Shown piece after piece: positions 1-11,444 of a DNA stretch of 20,000 nucleotides. Both the position numbers and the translations under genes were made by a program. Location of the stretch: positions 49,697 through 69,696 of the forward strand of contig MU271415.1 in NCBI GenBank assembly GCA_021432655.1, written 5' to 3'. The notes beneath the pieces were generated by a model. It worked only from the letters and a program-made list of their open reading frames with translations, was not told the origin of the DNA and searched no databases. Source of the DNA: Atractiella rhizophila (taxonomy: Eukaryota). Positions within the stretch are counted from its first letter, which is position 1. Every line of letters begins with the position of its first letter.

Positions 1-582
1 CGGAAGCAGAGCGGCAATTAGCGTGCGTCGAATAGGCATGGTTGAACACTGTGGTTTGAGCGAGCCAGTCCGGTGGTTTAGAAGTACTGTTCCTCATTTC
101 CAAACTCACGAGTTGACCTTGCGTCAACCTTGTGGGTGATAATTCAACTCAGCCTGGACCATACCCACATGAATGGATCGCTTATTGACTGCTCGCTGCT
201 TCCTTCGTTTCCAAGCAGACTCAAAGCGGAAGAAGGCGATCGAAGACGACACCAATGACGGAACTTGTCCGCCTCCCGCTGGATCGCCTCACCTCCAAGT
301 GCTTCCAATCGGTTTGAACTGCCATTCCTGATTCCAATCCCCCAGCTTTTTATTTCGAGAAGCAGCTTTGAGCAACCAAGAACCTTTCTGGCGTCTTCTG
401 TAGGACGATAAGCAACGATAAAAGCTCCCTTTGTATTGGAAAGTTCCTTCGCAATCGAGGTGAACTTGCTCAAAATTTGCTCGAGTTGGGCTGTCACCAC
501 GCACAAAAAGGGCGTTCCACTTTCAGGCTTTTCACCTTGTCACATGGAAACGTGGAGGCCTTGGAGCCACTCGGTTAACGAG

Positions 583-1865
583 ATGCCTCTCCCACAGACG
601 CAGAAGGGATATTGGATCGGACTCGAGGGCAAGGAGTTTAGGGATGTGCCAGTTGAAGAGCCTGAGGAGGGGGAGATTCTGATACGAAATGTCGCAGTGG
701 CAAGCAATCCGAAGGTGTGAATGGTTCTGGCCATGATGTGGTGTTGCTGATATGTCGTCAAGGATTGGAAGCTGGTGCATATGTTCGGGTGGGAAGGCAT
801 ACAGGGTAATGATGTTGCTGGGATTGTGGTGGCGGTTGGAGAGGGGGTGACGGATTTCAAGGTCGGTGACAAGGTGAGAGAACGTTCACTCAACTGCGCA
901 CTCTGCTCATGATGGCTTAGGTGGCAGCCATGACCAAACTACTTGTGGTTACTTCCTTCCCCCTTTCACGGCATGCCTAGCTCATTCAGACTGCAGCATC
1001 CGAAATACGGAGCCTACCAATTCTACACTATCGCCTCTGCAGATGTCGCCTTTCACATTCCGGAAGGGATGTCGTTCGAACAAGCAGCGACCATTCCACT
1101 CTGTTACACCTCAGCATGCATGGCTCTCTTCGAAAAGCTGTTCCTTCCGACCCCATGGGACCCTATCAAGCCTGAAGAGAAGTTTCCTATCATCATCTAT
1201 GGCGCGGTATCGAGTTGCGGATCTTTCGCAGTACAACTTGCTAAACAGGCTGGATTGGAGGTGATTGGAGTTGTGAAGTCGAATGAGGAATTGGCACGAC
1301 AATTGGGATGTGATGAAGGTGAGCGTCAGAACGGCCTGGTTTCAGCCCAAATGCTTAATGGTGCTTCAGTAATCAACTGCTGCAACATGTCTTCGGAAGA
1401 GATAACATCAGCTCTTCTTTCGGCTCTTGATGGACGATCACACTTAGTAACGAAGGCGTACGACACAATTGCGGAAGTCGAAACCCTTACGCCGCTCGTC
1501 GACTTTTTCTGCTCTTTGCCTCGTAACGGAGCGGAAGACAAGATTGTTGGTAAGATGGCTCCTTCATCGATCCTCTCAAAAGTATGTTGAATTCTGCGTG
1601 CTTAGCAAACCTCTTCACGAACGTTCCAGCACCAGACGATGGCTCCCTCAACATTTTACGGATGACCGTCTCGACAGCATATGAAACAGGTCTGACCCGC
1701 GAGTGGTTCGATTACATCGTGAAGGAGAACAAAATCAAGCCACATCGCGTTGAAGTCATCCCCGGAGGCCTTAAAGGGGTTGAAGAAGGACTGCGGAGGT
1801 TGGAACACAACGAGGTTGATGCCTGCAAACTCGTTTATCGCATGGAAGAGACTGGAGACATCTGA
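583..1865 (+). CDS. Medium-chain dehydrogenase/reductase, enoyl-reductase/quinone-oxidoreductase-like (GroES + Rossmann fold); about 6 exons
   Basis: ATG 583. Exons ~583-714, 763-873, 921-944/947, 997-1318, 1370-1549, 1606-1865 join into NVAVASNPK|DWK...GNDVAGIVVAVGEGVTDFKVGDK|V...YGAYQ...SFEQAATIPL...IYGAVSSCGSFAVQLAK...GGLKGVEEGL...KLVY, typical of fungal enoyl-reductase-like MDRs. The exon 3 donor is uncertain. Confidence 0.9.
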
Positions 1866-2557
1866 ATTCTTTCTTGCCTTTTCTCGTTGCATCGTGCTGG
1901 GTGACAGTGCCTTATTCTGTCCTATTCGGTCTTTCTCTTTCTGTCTGTCTTTCTGTCAGTTTTAGGCTGCCTGAGGTCCGGAGCCTTCCTTTCCTTTCCT
2001 TTTGATGACCTTATTGTCTTCGCTAATGCTGTAGTTTCGTGCATGTCGAGCTCATTGGGGCTTCGCGCAGTTTGTTGTTGGCGGTACCCTCGACTGAACC
2101 CGAAATGAAATTGATATCGTTCCCAGTACGTCTATGCTTGTCAATTTCGCAACGACTCGGATCGATTGAGACGTGATTTGATGTGAATTAGAAAGGCATG
2201 GGAAAACACGATAGCCTCCAACTTGGCAGGAGATCTTGCGAGCACGAGAACGCTGAAGAGCTCAGCGGAAACATATTATAGTAATGCTTCTATCGCAGTT
2301 TGGCCGTAACTTGAACGCAAGTAAGCAATAGCGGAAGGGCCTTAAGTGTCGATCAGTCGGGTGCGACCACTTCGTGATATTTGGAGCACCCTGATGACCA
2401 TTCCCTGAGAAAACGGGCGAGTGACTGAGAGGGGATTAGAGTATATTACTTTTCTGGCAAGCCAGGTGTAGACGGTCTAGAAGTGAAAGACAAAACAACG
2501 ACGGCCGAGCATATAACTCAAAAAAAAGGTATACACAAATCAGCACGACAGCACAAA

Positions 2558-3885
2558 TCATGCTGGTTGTGCTGTTGAAGGAGCAGCGGGATCACTGTAC
2601 ACCGGAAGTTGTGGCCGTGTTCTAATGACAATGAATGAGGAATAGCGATAGACAGCGTAATTAAAGAAGGCTTACGACTCAGCCATTAGCCGCGAAGCCA
2701 AGACTCCTACTCCCTCAAATACTCCTAAGAGAATACCACACGAGATTGCAGATCCGAGCATAGCCCGTGGTCCACCTAGCATTTTCGTCAGCATCCGGAT
2801 CTCCTTTGTTGTCGAGAGAAAATACCTCGGATTCCTAAACATCCACCCGTACAGAACCCTGACAGGATGGCGTTCCACGGGTCTTCCTTCCCCCTTATCC
2901 CTTTGATCGCACAGTCGAAAGAAGAGAACATCCCTCCCCATACACCGAAATTTCCACCAACGACTGGCGCACGAGCTTTGATCGCTGCTATCGAAGAGAT
3001 AGCTCGATCTCCCTGTTAATCATCCAGACGCAGTTAGTGTCGGCTTTATGCTGCCACAGCGAGAAGCTCAAGAGGTTCCAAGTTGGGACAGAGACGCATG
3101 ATTGGGAAGAAGGCGCGAAGGCTTGTTTTCAATATTCAGCCACGATACCTGTTTGGATGCGTAGTATTCGTCACACTCGTCCATTCTCTGAAAGGATCAT
3201 AGTAACATGGACGAGATTCCAACTTTGCGATTGACTGATTTAGATTCAAACATTACGACCGATTGAGGCTCGTGGACAACATCATATCGTCTATCGCAAG
3301 TATATATGCAACTTTTGGGAGTTTGCAAACAGAGAGATGAAAGTAAGTAGCCCCTAGCTGGAATGATGAACATTGCCACAAGGTAATCATTAAGTTTCAG
3401 CTAATTAACGTTGGAGGAACTGGCAGCGCAACGCCCAGTGCTGAAGGCAACATATATGCCAGAATGGTCACCGGAAAGTTGATACAGCTTCAGGATGGGC
3501 CGAAGTGCCACCTTAAGCGTTCTCATGGCAATGGAGTCTTCCATCACCTCAGTTAACCATCAAAGGCCAATGACCAGAACTAGTTTACTCCAGCTGTCCA
3601 CTGCCATTCCCTGACAAACGGAGAGATGTCAGAAACTACTTACCCTAGGGGAGTTCCTAGCACCCTTAATACCGTGCCACAGTGTTCCTCCAATTGCTCC
3701 CATAGCAAAAGCGCCACCAAAGTCGTTCAAGATAACCCATGGGCTTTAGCCGTCCACCATAATGTCAGCTACCTTTTCTACAATATATACACAAGCGCAC
3801 CATGGGTCCCGAGTATGGTCGCTAACAGTGACCGTCAGGACAATCTAATGAAGAGAGAAGTGGACAGAGCGTACTAGTGCGACAT
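2558..3885 (-). CDS. TIM17: Mitochondrial inner membrane import translocase subunit Tim17 (160 aa, 6 exons)
   Basis: Exons 3885-3875, 3821-3801, 3743-3644, 3012-2826, 2775-2676, 2621-2558 give [47 protein letters not shown]...[43 protein letters not shown]...[11 protein letters not shown], which carries the hallmark Tim17 motifs. All introns are GT-AG. Confidence 0.97.
3013..3643 (-). other. Unusually long (631 nt) TIM17 intron 3 with several inverted repeats
   Basis: GTAAGT donor at 3643, CTAAC branch site near 3035, CAG acceptor at 3013. The flanking exons join in frame (NSPR|GDR). Confidence 0.85.
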
Positions 3886-4342
3886 ATTGAAAGGTTAGGG
3901 AACGAGTTGGAGCAACGGAAAGAAAGGGTGGAGGCGAAGATGGATGTCGTGGTCGTCGGCAAACACAAACTTTTTGGCTGTGGCGAGAAGACATTCGGTT
4001 CCGGACTTTGACCTTTAGCTGATTAACAAATTTTTGGGATTGCTCATTCTTTCAGTCAACGCCAAATAGTATCATTAATTTCTAGTGTTGATTTGGGACG
4101 CTGCAGAAACAAGCAAGCTTGTGGTCAATATGAGGATTATATGATGATGGATGGATTGTTTGGACTGTACCATTGCAAAGAACAGGATGAACGACAAATC
4201 ATAATGAACCAAATCAAATCAGTGGATATGAGAAGAAAGGTGCTAAAAGTATACACAGGGTAAAGTTTGGAAAAGGAAGATGAATATGGATGAATGCATA
4301 CTTGAAATATACAGATAAATGATGAATTGGTGCTCTTTATCG

Positions 4343-6919
4343 TTAGCGTACCTCTCTCTGTACAGCAGAGATGATTTCATCTACGTCCTTCCAGTATGAG
4401 TCTTTGTTCGCAATCTTCTTATGCTTGGTTGAAACGACGTGCTATTCCAAATGAATTCTAGTCAATATGGCGGGAGAGGGAGGAGCGGAGGACATACTGC
4501 ATCGAAATCTTCATATCTCCCCCTACAATTCTCGCAATATCCCTCCTTCTTCTTTTTCTCCTTCGCTCTTGGCGCCAGCACCTTCTTCTGCAACCCACCC
4601 TTCCGCGCATTAAGGGCAGCATCTATGGAGACGCTCCTCTTCAGCTTTCCTTCCACTCCACCAGCACGAACACCAAGATCCACTTCTCGCTTCTTTAGCG
4701 CAGCAATCTTTGGATCCATTGGTACTTTCTTCATATCCTCTGCTGGAGCAGCCGATCCCGTACCCGTGCCTCCGGTCATCATGCTCGTTGTCGAAGCAAT
4801 GGCACTCATACTGATTGAGTTCCCACTAGCAAGAAAGGCACCATCTCTGTCACGATCCACTTTCCAATGCGGGTTACCCGGAAGGGTATGGACACCGACT
4901 TTCAAAAGCAAAGGCGGAACGACGGAGGGATCGTCTTCATCCTTCTCTTCTTGCGAGCGACGGACGGGCAGAGGAGGCGGAGCCATGTCTGTCAGTTTGG
5001 TGGACGCAATCGCAGCTGTGGTTGTGCGAGAAGGGAGGTTGGCAAGGGAGACAGAACGACGTATCTGTTGATTCACTGGTTGACGTGGCTTAGTCGACAA
5101 TGCAGCGAGTCGCTGATTCAACGTTGGCTTCGCTGACGCTGTTGGCTTCTTTTCCTCTTCATCCGACTCATCGATCTCCACCACGGCCGCCGGATCACCC
5201 CTGAGCTTTCTCCTCTGCTCCTGCCTCTCCTCCGCTACCGCATCCCTCCGTCTACGGGCAAGTTTATCATCCCTTTTGAGCCTCGTTTCATCCTCACTGT
5301 CAGCCACAAACGGTGTTCTTCCTTCCGTCACTTTTCTTGCGGCACCAGCCACGGCTGCAGGTAGATGAAGCACGGGCCAATCCGGCGCATCCTTCGAGTT
5401 CTTCTTCGGCTTCTGGTATTCCGCAATGATGATCGGCTTGTGCACTCCCGTAGCGTCTTCAACAATAAAATGAACGTTTTTGGGATGAACTTCGCGCCAA
5501 TGAGGATCTCGAGAAGAAGCGAGGGGATCATGTTCGAGAGTCCGACCAGTGGAGGCTTCGGCGTGGAGGAGAGATGGCAGAGAGGCAGATCCACCGCTGA
5601 CGGGGAGCGCGCCGGTGAGAAGGTGGGGGATGGAGGCAGAGAGGGCCGAGAGGACGCGAGAGAGACCAATGGAGGGATTGGAGGGAGATAGGAGGTTGCA
5701 CATAACATATTCGAGCTCTGTTCTCCCAATGAACGGATCGACGTAAGTATGAAGAGGCAATCAAAGGAGTGAGGATGAGGAGGATTGTCGACGCACTCTC
5801 CAAGGGCCAAATACGCATCCCTAATCTCTCAGCTGTATCGTGTAAGCTAACAGCTTTCACGGGCGGTTGCACCTTCGGTATTGACGTCCTGTCCACGCAG
5901 ACAACGGCTAAATCAACTGGGAACAAGACTGTGAAGGTAGAACTAACGATTTCTTTGACGCTCTCCTCGGAGTGCCAGTCATATCGAGCTCGTTGAAAAG
6001 TTGTCCATTGGTCCTGTTTTTATCGACGTTATGCAGAATCTTCGCTTTCTCCTTCTCCCTCTCCGCGGTGACAATGAAGTGGGTGACGTCGGTGCTCAAA
6101 AAGTGCGTTATTTTCTATCCACGACAACGCCCTTCAACCACCATTCCACCTGTCGCAAAGGAAGAAGAGACATACCCCATCCAGCGCCATGATACCCGCA
6201 GTAACTTTCTCTTCCGTCTCTCGATCCAATCCATCAAGATAGAACACAAATTCGCGCTTGAAGGCGTCTATGTATTTCTCTCTCCACCGCGCTTTCTCCT
6301 TCATGTGATCCTTGAGGATCCTCCTCTGCGTATTCGGGGAAGGCTTTGACGGTTTTTGCTTTCCTTTCACATTCGTCGATGTCGACGGAGGGACGAGACC
6401 AGCTGTGGAGGACAGTTCTTGCTGTTTGGAGTGCTTGTGATTCGAGGGTCGAGGATCATTGCCGGAGGAGGAGAGGACGATCAACTTTGGTTTCTTGCTC
6501 GCTCTCTCCTGTACCAAGTTGTTGGGAATCGCATTCGACGGATATTTGAGTGTTGGAGTCCTTCCATTCGCTCCATGTGAAAGGGCGACAGAGATAGACG
6601 TCTCGTCCCGCACACGCTTCTTCCCCTTTCCATCACCCTCTCCCAAGCCCAGCATCGCCTGCAACCGCAATCCCGACTTCATCACGAGTTTCTCACCTCC
6701 ACTGCCTCTCCCGCTCCCGATCTCGATTCCCCATCCAGCCTCGATGCTGCTCTCAATCTTGTCAACCCCATCATCCTTCACACCCGCTGTGATAGTTCCG
6801 GTACGGGCACGCTTGTTGTCCCGTTCCAACAAGTCATTCCGAGCGTTTTTCTCCGCAATCGTAGGCGCGTCGTACACCTTCGGACGCTTGCGAGAGGTGG
6901 TTTGAGAGGTACTCGCCAT
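4343..6919 (-). CDS. DBF4: Dbf4/Dfp1 (Him1/NimO) regulatory subunit of Cdc7 kinase
   Basis: BRCT-like motif N (FVFYLD...LDG|KITHFLSTDVTHFIV...GMRIWPLEKL), motif M (HFIVEDATGVHKPIIIAEY...WPVLH) and motif C zinc finger (KEGYCENCRGRYEDFDA|HVVSTKH). Introns 6175-6115, 5947-5889, 5796-5718, 4497-4442; stop TAA at 4345-4343. Confidence 0.93.
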
Positions 6920-6997
6920 GGTCGCAGCTAGGTTCTCTCACGGCTGAATTGACTGCTGAATGTATGCCTGCGTGGAAAACAGTTGTGTTGAACGAGA

Positions 6998-7010
6998 TTT
7001 AGGGTTAGGG
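6998..7010. promoter_or_regulatory. Interstitial telomere-like motif TTTAGGGTTAGGG (telobox-like) about 80 nt upstream of the DBF4 start codon
   Basis: The motif is seen directly. A regulatory role is inferred only. Confidence 0.35.
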
Positions 7011-7610
7011 CGGTCACGGTTCGTCACAATACACGTGCTACATATGAAATTCTGATTTCTGATTTTGATTTTGATTTCTGTTTTAGGAGGGTGAATGGGT
7101 TTTGAATTGTGTTTCTTACAGAGTCTGAACGCTTTCTCGCGTGTTTTGGTCCTGGCTGTCGAAATAATGTTGTTCATTGGAGGTAATAATACATAAAACA
7201 AGGTAATATGGTCAGACCTCACCTGCATCTTCCCTTCCCTTACACCAGCTTTCGCTGTAGAAGGCTGACAAAGACAATATTCTATGCACCAAATAGAACA
7301 ATCAGTTTGAGAGCCTTGGTGACAAAGTTTTCAAGCGTAAACAAAACAAGTGGCTTTCATCAGTAGGTTACCATATATCAATCCTCGTCATCGGAAGCTT
7401 TGAGCTCCAGCTAGGACAGGGATAACGTTTTAAGATAATTCATCATGTGGAAAGTGGATGTGGACAAATCGACATTCTGCCCTGCCTGTAAGAACGAGAT
7501 GCTTACCTTGAACTATCAGTTCATATTCCCCTCTGTGAAATCTGTTCCTTCTCGCAGCCTCCTTGTCGTCGACTCCTACAACTCAGCTCGTCTGGTTTTC
7601 AAGCTCGTCG

Positions 7611-7647
7611 TTGGAAAGTAGAAAAAATTTGGAAAGTAGAAAAAAAT
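7611..7647. repeat. Direct tandem repeat TTGGAAAGTAGAAAAAAT x2 upstream of DPH2
   Basis: 7611-7628 and 7629-7647; the second copy has one extra A. Confidence 0.9.
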
Positions 7648-7798
7648 GTATGAGCTGGGAGCCTTCTTGGAAAACAAAAACCTTATTTGCTCCTTTCGAT
7701 CATCAGCAACTCAAACAGCAAGCAGCCTCGAAAGCCAAAGACTACAGCACGCGGTGCTACACTAGACAGAATCTCTGGAGTATTTGCCACCTGCCAGC

Positions 7799-9883
7799 AT
7801 GTCTATAGCTGCAAGCGGGGAAAAAGCGATCCTCGAGCCAATCGTTGATGGCTCTGAGTTACAAACCGCTGACTATGATCAGTCATTGTCCTTCGAGCAA
7901 GTTTACGAGTTGAAGGAAACGGTGGAGAGGTTGAATATATCGAATTGCAAATATGTAAGTAACTTTACTTTTCTTATATTTCGACGTGTTGCTTGCAGCG
8001 TATGCTATACCACCGAGCGAAGACCAACATCAGCTTTTCCTTGCTCTGCTGGTTCCTTTCCCGATCCTATTAAAAGGATAAAATGACCTTGAACAATATT
8101 TGCTCTGGTATACCATAAAACACGTCAAGATCGCTGTTGTTGAATACCTGGGCTCATTCCTCACAGATAGTCTTGCAATTCCCTGATTCCCATCTTTCGG
8201 ATTCCTCACGCGTGTATTCCTACTTGCGCTCTAGAGTCGATGGCACAAAGAAGATCTACGTTGGCGCAGACAGCACTTACGCACCGTAAGTTTCCTTTTC
8301 GCGTCGACTTCTAGTGAGGCTGAGAAGGCTTGCAGATGCTGCATAGATCATATAACTGCCGCTCACGTAGAGGCCGACTTCATAGTGCATTATGGACATG
8401 CTTGTCATAGCTCGTATGCATTTCTGTTTCTACAGCACGGGGAAACGTCTAACGTGATGCTTGTCGGAGCAGCCCGTCGAAATTGGAGGTTATGTATATT
8501 CTGCCAAAGTTACCCTTTCCGCAAGACAAAAGGCATGAATTTGGAGAGGCGATAAGTAGAGCCGTGGCAGAAGAGCTTGGGAGCAATCCGCAAACGTGCA
8601 GCTTACATGTGCGGTTTGATCCTGGATATGCCTGGTGCATTGGTACATTTCTGCTCCCGTCCTCGAATATAAATTGGATAACGAGTATCAGGCAGATGAC
8701 ATCCTATCCAACCTAGGCTCCTGTTTGCCCTCGTACACTATCAGCACGTCAACTCTTAACCCTTCTTCAGAACCCTCCACTGCTTCAGACTCTACTCCAC
8801 CATTGACCATCTATCTCGGCTCACCCACACACTCTTATCTCTCCTACCTTTGTTCCACCTCAACAGCCATCATAACATACGATCCATCCTCAGCATCCCT
8901 CTCTACCACCAGCCAAACCTCTCGGATGCGCCAACAACAGCTCATGCGTCGGTACGCTGCAGTCCAGAAAGCACGGGACAGTGACGTCTTCGGGCTGTTG
9001 GTCAAGGGGGGCTTTGGGGGAGCATCCGGCCTCTTGCCATTGCTCGAGAAGCTGCGACGTATGCTAGGACAACGGAAGAAGAAAGCGTACACTTTCGCCG
9101 TCGGGAGAGTCAATCCAGCAAAATTGGCCAACTTTGCAGAGGTCGAATGCTATGTTTTGATTGGGTGTGGAGAGTCTGAGTTGGTGTGGGGAAGGGAGAA
9201 AGGAAAGGTATGCTTTTCTCACAGGTTGGATTCTTTTCAGTTGAATTGTGGCCGTAAATGTACGATCAGGACTACAACGTTCCTATCATTACACCTTACG
9301 AGCTCTTTCTCGCTCTCCAGCCAGAAGCAAAATCGTGGACGGGAGAGTATCGAGTGGATTGGGGGTGGGTTCTGGAACACGAACTCGATGATGAAGAGGC
9401 AGAGACAGAGGAACAAAATGCGGTTTTCTCAGCTGTCACGGGAAAGTTGAGGACCAGGAAGACGTTCGAAAGCAAGGATCTTAGCGCAGTAACGCAAGGA
9501 GCAAATGAGAAGGCTGAATCCCCTAATATCGACGATGGTCTCCCTCTTTCTCTATGGATAATCCTTACCAAGGCTGACTTCCTAGTCAGGTTCAATGGAA
9601 CTCATCACTTCTCTCACTGGCCAGCTCACGCTCACGGATTCAGAAAAGTTGCAGGTCGCACGCCTGCTGGGCAGCGCTTCTGGTTTGTGCTTTCCGCCAT
9701 CAAGCACTGCATGGAACTGATTCCATCCGCTCATCCCAAGGCGAGCTGCTCATAGCGCGCCAGTATAAAGGACTAGATCCAAGCAAAGGCTTCGACAATG
9801 AAGACTTGGAGGACTCACAGCCAGCGCAGCTCGAGGTTGGAAGATCAGGCATCGCAAGACAATATGGGGATGACCACCAGTGA
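7799..9883 (+). CDS. DPH2: Diphthamide biosynthesis protein 2 (8 exons)
   Basis: Exons 7799-7954, 8167-8285, 8336-8413, 8473-8642, 8696-9207, 9270-9537, 9590-9682, 9741-9883. Motifs [75 protein letters not shown] and C-terminal GRSGIARQY. Confidence 0.95.
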
Positions 9884-11444
9884 GATATTGCACCGAGGAC
9901 TAGAGTATGTTGTACAACAGACTTATGTGCATTGCATTGCATTATCATTCAATCTTGTTGGAGCAGCCCTTCGAAAGTGGAGGTTATGTACATTCTGCCA
10001 AAGTTACCATTTCCGCAAGACAAAAGGCAGGAATTTGGAGAAGCGATAAGCAGAGCCGTGGCAGAAGAACTTGGGAGCAATCCGCAAACTCCCAGCTTAC
10101 ATTTGCGGTTTGACACTGGATATGCCTGGTGCATTGGTACATTTCTGCTCCCGTCCTCGAATATAAATTGGATAACGAGTATCAGGCAGATGACATCCTA
10201 TCCAACCTAGGCTCCTGTTTGCCCTCGTACACTATCAGCACGTCAACTCTTAACCCTTCTTCAGAACCCTCCACTGCTTCAGACTCTACTCCACCATTGA
10301 CCATCTATCTCGGCTCGCCCACACACTCTTATCTCTCCTACCTTTGTTCCACCTCAACAGCCATCATAACATACGATCCATCCTCAGCCTCCCTCTCTAC
10401 CACCAGCCAAACCTCTCGGATGCGCCAACAACAGCTCATGCGTCGGTACGCTGCGGTCCAGAAAGCACGGGACAGTGATGTCTTCGCTCTGTTGGTCGAG
10501 GGGGGCTTTGGGGGAGCATCCGGCCTCTTGCCATTGCTCGAGAAGCTGCGACGTATGCTTGGACAACGGAAGAAGAAAGCGTACACTTTTGCCGTCGGGA
10601 GAGTCAATCCAGCAAAATTGGCCAACTTTGCAGAGGTCGAATGTTATGTTTTGATTGGGTGTAGAGAGTCTGAGTTGGTGTGGGGAAGGGAGAAAGGAAA
10701 GGTATGCTTTTCTCACATGTTGGACTATTTTCAGTTGAGCTGTGGCCGTGAATGTGCGATCAGGACTACAACGTTCCTATCATTACACCTTACGAGCTGT
10801 TTCTCGCTCTCCAGCCAGAAGCAAAGTCGTGGACGGGAGAGTATCGAATGAACTGGGGGTGGGTTCTCGAAAACGAACTTGACAATGAAGAGATAGAGAA
10901 AGATGAACAAAGTGCCGTTTTCTCAGCTGTCATGGGAAAGTTGAGGACGAGGAAGACGTTCGAAAGTAAGGATCTTAGCGCAGTAACGCAAGGAGCAAAT
11001 GAGAAGGCTGAATCCCCTAATATCGACGATGGTATCCCTCTTTCTCTGTGGATGAAATTACCAAGGCTGACTTCCTAATCAGGTTCAATGCAACTCATCA
11101 CTTCTCTCACTGGCCAGCTCACGCTCACTGATTCAGAAAAGTTGCAGGTCGCACGCCTGCTGGGCAGCGCTTCTGGTTTGTGCTTTCCGCCATCAAGCAC
11201 TGCATGGAACTGATTCCATCCGCTCATCCCAAGGCGAGCTGCTCATAGCGCGCCAGTATAAAGGACTAGATCCAAGCAAAGGCTTCGACAATGAAGACTT
11301 GGAGGACTCACAGCCAGCGCAGCTCGAGGTTGGAAGATCAGGCATCGCAAGACAATATGGGGATGACCACCAGTGAGATATTGCACCGAGGACTAGAGTA
11401 TGTTGTACAACAGACTTATGTGCATTGCATTGCATTATCATTCA
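8460..11444 (+). repeat. Head-to-tail tandem duplication, unit about 1,494 bp (8460-9951 and 9954-11444)
   Basis: Direct alignment with offset 1494, dropping to 1493 after a 1-nt intronic indel. Confidence 0.97.
9967..11376 (+). pseudogene. DPH2: 5'-truncated duplicate of DPH2 exons 4-8 with intact reading frame (pseudogene, alternative 3' exon cassette, or haplotype artefact)
   Basis: No stop or frameshift seen in the duplicated exons and all GT/AG sites are kept. It lacks the promoter and exons 1-3. Confidence 0.6.

Noticed and set aside
144..545. Minus-strand 120-aa ORF
   Set aside because: No recognisable motif, TTG start, and the upstream in-frame ATG (545) is immediately followed by TGA. 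It could be a decayed fragment but cannot be supported.
3013..3643. U3, U1, RNase MRP/P RNA or TPP riboswitch in the TIM17 intron
   Set aside because: Only short partial resemblances (e.g. GGATCAT, GGGGCT); the required conserved boxes are not present in the right order or on the right strand.
4439..6905. Plus-strand ORFs antisense to DBF4
   Set aside because: Shadow ORFs of the coding strand with no protein-like motifs.
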